A stretch of 64,000 nt of DNA, taken from contig JBHGNT010000009.1 in NCBI GenBank assembly GCA_043228905.1, positions 11,718,001 to 11,782,000 of the forward strand, in the 5' to 3' direction. The notes under the pieces were generated by a model, which was not told where the DNA came from, did not search any database, and saw only the letters and a list, made by a program, of their open reading frames with translations. Both the position numbers and the translations under genes were made by a program. Shown here piece after piece: positions 12,501 to 24,500 of the stretch (the stretch's first letter is position 1; each line of letters begins with the position of its first letter). This DNA is from Azolla caroliniana. Taxonomy: Eukaryota; Plantae; Polypodiophyta.

Positions 12501-15500
12501 ATGGCCTAATGACGAATGCATTCTCCAATGTGTGTTAAAAGTGTCTTATATTGGGCCTCCTTCCTACCAAGTGATATTTTGGGGCTGATCCAAGTCTTAT
12601 TTCCAAGTTAATAATATCAGTTCAGATCAATCTATTTTTTTCCACTTTGATCATGTTTAGAGCGGGACAATTCAAGCTATATTGGAGCAGGGGTAGTGTA
12701 TTTACGCATATGCCATGTGACTTGAACCATTGTTGCATTTCAATATAACAACAATGAATGTGTCACTATTTAGCAAGTTGTTTTGATGACATAAGTGCCA
12801 GCCTTCATTACCTTCATTTAGGGAGCTCCCATAACATTCGGATATAGCTCATTGATCAGAATAATGGCTCGATGAGGGGCTTCTCCCATCTCTACCACAC
12901 ACACACTACGTTTCTGAATACTCAACTCTACTAGAGTTAGATTCTTTACACAATTGAGAGACCACACTTTTCTTGACATGAATTCATACAGTGCATGGAT
13001 ACTGAAGAGGGTGGGTGGTAATGGCATCCTTTTTTTACTCCAATTGTGCTAGTCACCACCTCCGACAAACAATTGAGAGATTGCACTTTTCTTGACATGA
13101 ATTCATATAGTGCATAGATTTCCCATTGCATATCTATATGGATACCAAGGGCTTCTAACTGTTGCATAAGATGAACACACGGCACAATTCAAAGGCTTTT
13201 TAAAAATCCACAATGCAGAAATAAATCCTCTTATTATGGGCTCTGCCCTTCTCGATAAGGGCTCTGAAGATCAATATGTTATCCAAATTTGTGAACCCCT
13301 TCTGAAAGCCTGCCTGTCCAGCTGAATGCCAGCAATTTTGCTTTGCCAATATTCTCAATTTGAACTCTAGGATCGAGCCATATAGTTTCGCCAAGTAATG
13401 TTCAATCATGGTTGTCCAATAATTGCTCGGCATCATGGGTCTCCACTCTTGAGGATTTGCACAATGGTATGTTCTGTCCATCTAATAGGGAAACTTTCAC
13501 ACATAACTCTATTAAAGATGTGTGCTAGCAATGGGCGCAAGATGCCACAAGCATAGATAAAGTGCTCGCCTACAAATCCATGATCATGGACCTTCCCAAA
13601 TTGTAACCGATCAATAGCATTTCTTACATTTTTTGGAATAAAATAGTGGATTTATTTGGGTGTGAGCCATGTGGGTGGGGAAGTGGAGGCTGCCTAGGTA
13701 TAGCATATAGTCCCTTGCATAGTCATGCCACACCTGAGGTGGGGTCAGTTGTGTGGTAGGTTGCCTCTCATTAAACAATTTCCATGCTCTTTTACTTTCT
13801 TGTCCTAGAAACAAGCGATATAAATGATCCTCAAATTTAGCTAAATATAATCTCTTATTCTTCCTCAAAAGGCATTGGAAGGTTTCTCTTGCTTGTTTGC
13901 GTGTATAAATACCCTGAGTTACTTTGAGCTGCAAGCATTTGCTTGTACTACAACGTTGACATATTGACTCCCATCTAAATCCTTGTACATCGAGGAGTTT
14001 ACCACCCATGCATTAACATGTCTTTGTATGCATAACAATATCTGTGTTCTAGAAGGTATATTCAAAAAACCCGACATTTGTCCTTAGAGAGTCATTGCGA
14101 TTCCATTTAGTCATGTGTAAGGTTTCATATGCCATACATTGTCATGCAGCTATCTTCTATATAATTATGACTTTACCATCTTTATATACAACCCATTTTC
14201 CATCCTTTCTTGTGTTGAGCACTCATGGCATGTTTTCTTTGTGATGTACCACTTAAGCTAGAGTGAGATAGTCATCTAAATATATTTTGTCACCCTTGAG
14301 TGCCCTTCTCGTAGATAGGAAAGCTTTTTTCTTTTCCAGATCCATGAAGCAGGTGATGAGGGCTATAGTTGTACACTCATCTCTTCCCATCGTCCACCCT
14401 AAAACATCTTTGCCCATGTTTGCAGTTCCTTACTTACGTTGCCTTTAACTGTGGGGATCCATTTTTTCCACTGTTTCTTGTCCTTTTTCTAAATCAACTT
14501 TATATCTAGTAATTCAACCTTATTTGAGGATATTTCATCTTAAGGTATTGTGTCATGTCATCCTTGAGCTCTAAGTTTAATTTATTGACAAGGCTTGTGA
14601 TGTCTTTTTGTATCTCTTCTAATAACTCAATCTTGAGAGAGGCATACAACTCTGTTTTCTGTTTCTCTATCTCCCTTTTTTTTAAGAGAGGCTTAATGCT
14701 CTTTCAATATTATCTCTAATAAGATTGATCTCTTGCGTAATCAAATGGCATAATAGATCATGTTTCCCCTTTGCGACTCGAATGGAACTTGCATTTTGGG
14801 TGACTTCCATCCTGTCCTTGTCTTCTATGGTATCTTCTTGAGAGCACAACAAAGAAAGAAAGATATCTATCCCCCATGTAAATAAGAAAGAAAGAAAAAA
14901 AGAAAGCTATAATGCCTTTTAAGAGGCTGAAATAAAGACCAAACAAGCAGTTACATCTTACCATGTTTTGTCATTTTTTAGAGCAAAAAAATACAAAATA
15001 AGTACAACTAAACATATGGTAGAGAAAGAATCTATATATCTAAGTCTTAAGAATCTAAACTTAGATAGACTGGAACTTATCTTTGAAAATTTTCCAATAT
15101 GAGAAGTGCACACATTCTATTGTTTAAGCGAATGAATATTCGGAAAAGACAGCCCTTTCGTTTATCATCCCAAGGAAACCCAGAGCTTTCCTTTTTCCGT
15201 AACCCATAAATGCAACAATTTCGCTGATATGAAAATTTTAGCCCATAGCAAACTCTATCAGCTTGGATCTGCAAAACAAGAGTGAGATAAGCAAACCTCC
15301 TTATTAGCCCATTGATATGCTGCCAGCTTTTCTGCTACAGTTTGTCCATCTGTATCCACAAGCTGCTCGGAAAGAGGATAAAGATAACTTCATCATTTAG
15401 GTAAAGAAAGACAGTGAAGGATGATTTTGCTGAAATGAATGAACATATAATACCAATGTATCCAAGGTGATTGATGCATTGTATGTTCGAAACACTTTGG

Positions 15501-18500
15501 CTGTAAGCTGTGGCATAATGTTCTTTAGATGTGCATTTAATTTGCTTGTATCCAACTTGTCAAATAAGTCATCTCCAGTTTTCTTTGCTGTTCAATTAAA
15601 GAGGCCAAATATTCCTTTTAGGAAGAATTTGAATTGATGATTGCAACAGATAGGCCTACATTCATATAAAGCATTAACATGAAATAAAAGAATGTATAGA
15701 ATCCTAACATCTTCTGAATTCCCCCACAGCTTTGTAGACTGCGTCTTCAACTTCAACAACATTGAAATATCTAATTGAATCCTTCCCTAGAAAATCAAAC
15801 TGCGCAGAAGCAATGGAAAATCATATTCAATGTCTAATTTATGAAAAGTTTTGGAGGGCTTGAAGTTTAAAAAGTATACCTGAAGAGATTTAGGGGGAAT
15901 AAGTGTTACATGTTCCATTTTCAAAGAACAACAACCAACTGTATCAGCCTCATCATCATCCTGTAGAAAGAGAGAGACACACATAAGAAAGTGTCATATC
16001 CTTCTCAAATGATACCAAAGACATTGCATTCCTTTCAAACAGTGGAATCCAGATAACTTACTTTAATGCAAAACAGAAAATTTCAGAGTGTTCAATAAAC
16101 CATCAAGGCATGTATTTAAAAATGAAAAGTTCATAAGTTTCTTCTTACATTTTCTTTCTAGTTATGAACTTTATACCTAATTTTTCAATCCAGAGTGATT
16201 ACCTTATCCTAAATAACATGCATAATATTAGGCCTAAAATTTGCTCCTCGTTTAACATTAATGTTATTTCCACGTGCAAGATAAGCAGTGGTGAATGACT
16301 CCATGATATCATGTGCTGCCAAGCTTAGTGTGGCATACTTGATTTCTGTAGCATCATACATCATTATTATGAAGATCAAAGGCTCTGCAAGGAGGGAAAA
16401 GTTCATACCTCACCAGCACATTGACTGTAGGGAGCAAACATGTCTCAATACAATGTATCAATAACAAAGATGTACACAGTATACAAAGGTTAAGTAGACC
16501 CAATAGACACTATTTGTTCAACTTTCATTAGAGAAGTGAAAAGCATACAGAAATGTAGATACAATCATGCAAAAATCAAATTAAATATCATCCAAAGGAA
16601 AAAGGAATTTACGAAGTCATTTAGACCTTCTCATTCCCTGCCCTTAAAGCAAGACGATCAATAAGGTAAGTTGCTACAGCTATCTGCTTTTTAGTCATGT
16701 CTGCAGCCATGAAGTTCTTTGTGTATGTCCTCCGAATATCTTCAATGTAATCCTGAGAAAAGATTATCAATTGGTAATAAATAACTAATTAACCCATAAA
16801 TCATTCCAGAAAGGAAAACACCTTGTCATTATCTTTTTTCTACAGCAAACTAATACCTTCAAGGTTCTGGCTTTCTCGTATTTTTCTTTATCACTTTGAC
16901 CCTTAAGGTTGCTGCTTGGAGACAAGAACACATATTTGAACTCCCTTTGATTGATTGGATCAACCCAATAAGCAAGCCATGTTACAGTATTATCATTCCT
17001 TATTTCTTTCCATCTGACAACATTTAGCAATAAAGAACAATCCGCGATTATTTTGTTGAATGCAAAATGAAATTCACAAGTGCTTACATGTAAACACATC
17101 TAAATACCCATTCAGATACATAGGCAGGTTGCGTACATTCCTATCCATGTGTACATACATGTATGTGTAACTAAACATAAAGATAGTATTCTCACCTATC
17201 TCTCAAACAAAACAATTGAATTACTTCAAAAACATTATCATATATGTTATATCCAAATCCAGAAAGGTAATCAGCATGTTCTACATAATATTATACAGAA
17301 AATGATAAACCTTCATGATCCATATTGTAAGGAATCAGAATCAATCGCAAGGATCATACATTGGAAGGTCATATTATTTCAATTGTAGAAAACATTGGTT
17401 GGGAGAATGACATCTAAAAAGTCTTGCACAAAAAAATGATATGTTATTTACATCCACAATATTCTTTGGGAACCAAAAGATACATAAAATCAATATTATC
17501 CACTCCAGAATATGGGCTTACGCACGTGCAAACATTAATGACAATGTACAGTTTTAAGTACCAAATTGTAGTTATGATTTTGATGCATATATTAAAGAAG
17601 CTAGAAGACCAATAATCATTGTTCCTATAGAGATAAAGTTAAATTTACACAAGACCCATATTTGTAGTTGACATCTACGAGAGGCCAAAATTGGCCTAGT
17701 AGACAAATCATGATAACAAATATGGGTCTTGTGTAAATTTAACTTTCTTCATATGCACATGAAGCATTTGATACACAAATGCACTGATAATTAAATTTCA
17801 AATTCAGCAGTTAAAATATTTCAGAGCTAATACTAGATCAACAAAAATTGATGGCCTTGCAATGTCCAAGAAAATTGCACCTGTGACCAGGAATTGGGCA
17901 CTCTGGCACTGGTACACCTTTTCCAATATTTATGACTATGTCTTCAGGGAATATCCTCCTCTTTAACTTTCCCATCTGCAAAAATATGCATTTAAAAACA
18001 TAAGTCCTCCATTAATTTAACTGTGTCCTTACTAACAATACCTCCTACATTCATCGATTAAGGTTCAAGGTCAACATAATCATTTACTATAAAATAGATT
18101 GATATTTCAGCATTTCTCCTGTACTTGATACTAATAATTGGCATGCAAAATGAACATGTGATATAAAACCTTTGGGTGTTCTCCTCTGCCACGAAACAAT
18201 CCAGGTGGCTCCACCCGGAAATTTCCAACCTGTACATCAATATTTGATAATATCCTCACATTCAATATCATCGGCTCTCCCAATATAGAGAGAAAAAGAG
18301 GATAGAATTCCCAACCAAACCTTCTCCTTTACGCCATCTACAACTGCCCACATGTATTTCTCCTCTTGTTTCAGCTTCTCTTCTTTTAACATTTTCTTAT
18401 CCTGTAAAATAAACAAACAGTAATAAAGTAATTGCATTAATTATCTACTCTCTTTGTGACAGACACAAACCACAGAAACATTTCAATAACCACATCATGA

Positions 18501-20634
18501 GAGAAGGATTCTCTAACCTCAGATGACATCTGCTTTTTCTTTTCCTTCTCTGCAAGATGCCACTCATAAATGGGAGTGAAATCACATCTATCGAGACGCT
18601 GTATCACATGACCAGGACCTAATATCTTCTTCCAATCATTCCAAAAATTTGACAAAAATGTCTTCTTTTGGACATAATCTGTCTCACGCATGACAGCAAA
18701 CATAGTGGCAACCTGTAAACAAAGAAATAAAATTATTGGTACCACATTATCACGTGGCATAGTGGAAACTAGTAGAATAAGTCCTTGATGATAATCAAAA
18801 GATTTAAGATTCTTGCACATTAACAAGATATAAAATGTTTGTACATTTCAATCATATTGTTCACACAGCATTGTCCACATTAATATTGTTTTGTGAGTTT
18901 CACCAAATATGAAGGTTTACAAGAAGCGTAAGTTATTACTAGAATATATAGAGATATAAGATGTTTGTGTAATAACATTCTCGTACATAGATATAGTATG
19001 TTTGTAGAATTGCACCATATTGTCTGCATGGCATTTAGTACACTAAGCATTTTTTGTGAGTTTTCACCTCATATTAAGCTTTCCCACTACATAAGTTATT
19101 ATTAAAAAAGTAGATATAGCATGTTTGTGCACTCCCAAAACCTACTATTATTCTCCACCTGACATTTTGAACATTGACATTATTTTGTGGGTTTTCAGAC
19201 CGTTTTGAGGTTCCCCACTAATTGTATACATTGTTGCTAAAATACAAGATATAAGATTTTGAAAGACAAAAGAACACCTGGCATTTTGTACATTGACATT
19301 ATTTTGTGGGTCACCTCATATTGAGATTCCCCACTAATTGTGTGAGTTTTTCATAAAATACAAGATATAAGTACCTCTTCTTGTTCAGGTGTTAGCATAA
19401 CATGTTTTCCTTCATAAAGCATTTTAACTCCATGAGGCTTGTAAGGAGGAGGAAATATAACTCCGTTATGCTCAAGGTGAGTCCACTTCTGGCCCCCATC
19501 AGCTCCAGGAGCATTTGTTTCACGTTTTGTATCCCTAGTCTTCTTCATAAGGTTCTTTTGTTGATGCTTGAATTTGGCTTTTCTTGCCTCAACCACTTTC
19601 TTTGCAGCCAAAGAACTTGACAAACTACCTGTGATTGGCTTTACAAGAGGCTTCTTAACCATTTTCGCCAGCGGAATCCTTTGGGCAAGTGGAATATCAT
19701 CTTCATCTTCGTGCATATCCATTTTGACCAATGTGCTTTCGATCACCGGAATTCTTTTGGCAAGCGGAATATTGTCTTCATCTTCATCTGTATCCATTTT
19801 AACTATCACGTTTTCCAATGTTGTAGGCAATGAACTAGATGGTTTTGATGAACCCAACACAGATAGTAGATTAGATGGTTCCTTTCTCAATGCAATTGAT
19901 GAGAGTTTTGACTCTCCAATAGATGGTTCAGACATTTTACCCGATGGAGATTTCAAAGATATATTTAATAATGGTTTATGTGTTGAATTTGATGGTGTAG
20001 AAGATCGTGCTTCAGATATATTTGATGGTTTAGATGAAGTAGGCGAAAATTTGAGCTTTTTTATAGAAGTTTCCTCAGCATCAATTCGCCTCTTCTTGGA
20101 ATTATTATTGCTATCCCCTTTCGTTGTGGATGATTTGTCTGTGGCCACTCCATTAGATGATGTTCTTCTTAATATCAGTGGCTTGTCATCCTCTGAGTCT
20201 CTCTGATCATCTGCATTGGCTTGAACCTTAGGATGAGTGATCCTGATAGATAGAGGTTTCTCATCCTCTGAATCATACGACCCCTGAATATAAGATCTTT
20301 TCTGTTTGTTAACAACATTATCAATGCCTCTTTTTCTGGGTCCATTTTCATTGGATTTAGTGAAAATTATCCCATTTTTTGGCTGAGCCATATTACTACT
20401 CATTCCATGTGTTCGATTCGAAATGGTTTTACGAAACACGAGTGGTTTTTCATCATCTGAATCAGTATCCATAGGTGTATTAGTGGTTATACCCGATGGC
20501 GCCGATGTGCTAGCATTTGAAGGTGACTTATCATTGGGTGATATAGGCCCTGGATGTGGATATTTATCTTTGTTAACATTACCATTTAAAGGCGATGAGT
20601 GTTTGTGATGCAACCCATTGCTAGATTTCTCCAT
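9529..20634 (-). CDS. TOP1: DNA topoisomerase I (type IB), 15 coding exons, about 925 aa
   Basis: Exons (minus strand): 20634-19375, 18712-18518, 18401-18321, 18229-18170, 17975-17881, 17013-16857, 16752-16627, 15960-15880, 15799-15709, 15587-15454, 15362-15297, 11145-11056, 10691-10588, 10307-10139, 9597-9529. All introns are GT-AG and phases are consistent; the total is 2778 nt. Motifs: [81 protein letters not shown], catalytic [12 protein letters not shown]-terminal [13 protein letters not shown]. Confidence 0.96.
9660..10100 (+). repeat. Degenerate plant telomere-like (TTTAGGG) tract in the last TOP1 intron
   Basis: Many ttaggg, agggttt, tttagga and ttcagg variants across about 440 bp. 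Confidence 0.6.
12240..14030 (-). mobile_element. Degenerate LINE ORF2 fragment in the 4.15-kb TOP1 intron (11146-15296)
   Basis: RT motifs QAGFQKG...[12 protein letters not shown]...YFCIVDF at 13200-13481. C-terminal zinc-finger-like [20 protein letters not shown] at about 12330-12390. Many frameshifts. Confidence 0.8.
17635..17746. repeat. 112-nt intronic hairpin with perfect 31-bp arms
   Basis: AAAGTTAAATTTACACAAGACCCATATTTGT (17635-17665) is the exact reverse complement of 17716-17746; inner TCTAC/GTAGA and AGGCCAA/TTGGCCT also pair. Confidence 0.9.
18820..19372. repeat. Degenerate 115-160 bp tandem repeat in TOP1 coding intron 1
   Basis: AGATATA(A)G-ATGTTTGT-like motifs at about 18826, 18952, 19112, 19247 and 19363, with recurring attttgtgggttt and cccactaattgt. 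Confidence 0.65.
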
Positions 20635-21401
20635 ACCTATACAAGTTTTGCACCAGATCTAATCAAATATATAACCATGATATAAAGTAAAGAGAGAAGG
20701 CACCCAAAAAGGAAGAAAACAAAATGGAGGGAGTTAACATTTCTGCACAGCTTTATGTGCAAGGGCTCTAGTCAACATGTAATATGCTCAGAGAAAGGCC
20801 CATTTATCAAGTATATTACATTTTCTTCATACCTAATTTTGCATACAATCTAATCAATATAAGCAATTGGCTAAGTAAAGAAATGGGACACTAATAGGCA
20901 AACCAACTAGGAGGGAAGGCGAGATTGATAGGAATTCAGACAAATTATACTTCGATAAAGTGAGAATAATGCACCCAAAAGGCCTGTGTGTGTACATATA
21001 ACAAGAAAAAGGCAATGAGATGAAGAATTGATGTAAACTATGAGATTTATGCAGTATTTCCAGATATTTATTTATTTATACGATGTATTCGAGTATATAA
21101 AGCTCATTATGGAAATACAAGTAAAAGAAGAATCAAATTGTAATTATATAGATGTAATTCATTACAGAAACACATGTCAAAGATGGATCAGACCTCAATT
21201 TTATATTGAGAAAATATACATATAAACTCATATATATCTATATCTATGTATATATACATATATATATATATGGAACGACCCTAATTGTTCAAATAAAAAA
21301 AGCAATGTGAAGATAACTTATAAGATGACTCAAACCCTAATTTTATATATAAATATATACATATATACCAGAGAGAAATGTGAAGAAAAAAAGATGCTTA
21401 C

Positions 21402-21560
21402 TTGAATACAACATAAAGTGGAATCAACATCATTAGGAGGGAGAAACCATCGCCACTCTCTGTGTGTTACTCTCTCTCAAATTTTGTTTTTCAACCTCCT
21501 CTTTCCTTTTCCCTGGAGAGAGAGAGAGAGAGAGAGAGAGGTGGGTGTGTGTGTAAATAC
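21402..21560 (-). promoter_or_regulatory. Putative TOP1 5'-UTR exon / proximal promoter (5'-UTR intron about 20637-21401)
   Basis: The ATG is preceded by an AG acceptor (tag|gtATG). There is a GTAAG donor at 21401-21397, a (CT)n tract on the minus strand at 21516-21540, and a telo-box AAACCCTAA at about 21332. The upstream boundary is a guess. Confidence 0.55.
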
Positions 21561-24500
21561 TAAATACAATATTGTAAGTACTAAATACAAATGGGCGAAA
21601 GCTATAATAAGTCTATCTTTCTTTTGAAGGCGCTGCGCTGCGGCCAATTTTTTCATTGATATTCACTCACACACAGACCTCAACATCCTTGGAGCTTTCC
21701 TCACTTGAAAGCCCCTGCCTTATAATGAATGGGCGGCTTTGATTGCCTACTTACATGTACGAATCTTCATATCTCCTACTTACAATGAGGCGGAACACCA
21801 ACATGGGTTTTCATTTTGGCACATAATGAGTCCCACGGAAAAGGGTTTTGGTTGACAACGACCAAAAACAATATATATGCTCGTAACAATATGTATGATT
21901 ATTAGAGACATGAACTAATGTAAGCATTAGATAAGGATAGAATATAGATAAATAGATAGAAATGAGAGAGAGAAAGAAGGGTGCCGATCCACCCGACCAC
22001 CCCCAAGCGAAGGGATCGAGACGGACTCGAGCCTCGATCGGCGTCCCATACCACCGTCGTGGCATCGAGTCGTACCTGGTGCTGGCACGCTCGCTACAAG
22101 AGTTGACCCACCACAAGACAGAGTTTTGACGTAGTCAACAAGATGATGAAAAGAGGGTAGCTAGGCCTCTTATTTATAGCGATACCCAAGGCCCCCAGCC
22201 ATGTTCACACTTGGCCTAATGGGTTGTCTCAATCCAGAGGATTAAAAGTAATCATCCCCTTCTTTACACTCTTGTTTAACCCTTACACTTATCCATGTGT
22301 ATAGAATACTACGGTAAATTCTGACCACAAGATATTATATGGTCATGCCCGTAGCATACTCCCCCTCTTTAAAACATTGCACTCTTGCAATGGAAAGTTA
22401 GGGAAGTTAGTTCTGAGAGTACTTTCACGTTCCCATGTGGCATCTTTTATTGATTTATCCATCCATTTTATTTTAAATTCTCGGATTTCTTTAGTACGTA
22501 ATTTTTTTGTTTTAACATCGAGAATTCTTTCTAGTACATGTGGTTTAGAAGATACATCTTCAGAAGTAACCAAAGTTTTAGTTGTAACTGTATTGTCGCC
22601 AGAACCTAGAAGTTCTTTTAGACGACTCACATGAAAGACTGGATGAATTCCAACACCATCTGGAAGAGCGAGACGATAGGCTGATGACCCAATGCGTTTG
22701 AGGACTGTAAAAGGTCAACAAAACTGTGGGGCTAACTTAGTGCACTTACCCTTAGACAATGTCTTAGAATTGTGAGGTACACGCAAAAATACCTTCTGTC
22801 CAGGGTTGAATACACAAGGTTGCCTATGATGATCGGCATAAAAACACACTCTATCTTGAGTTGTTTTTATATTATCTCGTGCAATATGCAACATATCTTG
22901 CATATCCCAAAGAAAGTTTTGTGTACTTTGCAACTCATCATGATGTATATTAACATCAATCGGGGCTCGTGGCTGAAAACCATACATCAACATAAAAGGA
23001 CTATATCATGTCGACATATGCTTGGAGTTGTTATAAGCAAACTCCAATTTTGGGAGATAACGTTCCCATTTTGTTGGTTTTGCACCAACATATGCTCGAA
23101 GCATGTCCTCAATAATTTGATTTACTTGTTCTGTTTGTCCATCAGATTGAGGATGATCCTTGGAGCTCATGCTCAACGTAGTTTCTAACTTCTTAAAGAC
23201 TTGTGTCTAGAAGTCACTAGTAAACTTTGGATCTCGATCACTCACGATATCCATCGGTAACCCATAAAAACGAAATAACTCGTCAACGAATTGGTAAAGT
23301 CAATTCAGGAGTTGTTATCGTGGTTTTAGTAGCAATAAATCTGGCCATTTTAGTTAGTTTGTCAACCACAACCCAGATGGCATCATGACCTTTTTGGGTG
23401 TGAGGAAGGCTAACAATAAAATCCATGGATATACTTTCCCACTTATTATTGGGAATGTCCAAGGGATGTAAAAGTCTAGCGGCTTTAAGTCGCTTGGCTT
23501 TGTTAACCTAACATTGGTGACATTTAGTCACATAGCTATGTATGTCAGGACGCATCTTAGGCCAATAAATTGAGTGGAGATGAGAACGAGTGTACAATCT
23601 ATTCCAGGGTGCCTTGCTGAGGGTGCATCATGGCATTCAAAAAGAATCCTCTTTTTGACCTCGGGTAAATCTGGAACACAAACCTTCCCATTACGGTAGA
23701 GCATACCGTTAGCAATGTGGAAGTATTCCTTCGAGGATGTGGTGGTGTCTGTTCCAGACTCAACTCTATTGCCTAGTATTTTGCGAAATAACTGTCATCA
23801 GGATACTTTCCTCGAAGGTGATCATAAAGATCTAATGATATTTCAGTGAAGCTAAGCATGTTAACTTCACAGATGTGACTTAGTGCATCAACAATAGTGT
23901 TCATGGACCCTTTATGATATTGTATGGAAAAATCAAAGTCCTGGATGAGATCAGCCCATCGTGCCTTACGACCTTTCAGGTCTTGTTGGTCACAAAAATA
24001 TTTCAAGGACTCGTGGTCCGTAGTTACCACAAAGCGATTTCCATAAAGATAATGGCACCATGTTTTGAGTGCATGTATAACTGCAAATAATTCCTTTTCT
24101 TGAACGATATACCGACATTGAGCAGAATCAAGTTCCTTACTCTCGAATGTTATTGGTTTACCATCTTGATATAAGACACATAAGTTTCAACCTCAAAAGG
24201 TTTTGAAGGATCAGGTAAAAGAAGTGAAGGAGCCTTGTACACTAGGTCCTTGAGTTCGTTAAAGTTGAGGTCTAGTGTAGCATTCCAGACAATAAGTTTT
24301 GTAGACTTACGCGTTTGACCTTTTAGAAGATCAGTAAACAACGTTGTCAATTGGGAGTAATTATGAAGGGATTTTCGCAAAAACCCGACAAAACCAAGGA
24401 ATGATCGAACTTCTCGAATGTTCCGAAGAGTGGGCCAAAGCTTGATTTTCTTGATGCGAGAAGGATCAATTTCAACTCCTCGTTCGGTTATGAGATGTCC

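Noticed and set aside
19568-20206. 212-aa plus-strand ORF
   Set aside because: It is the antisense shadow of TOP1 exon 1.
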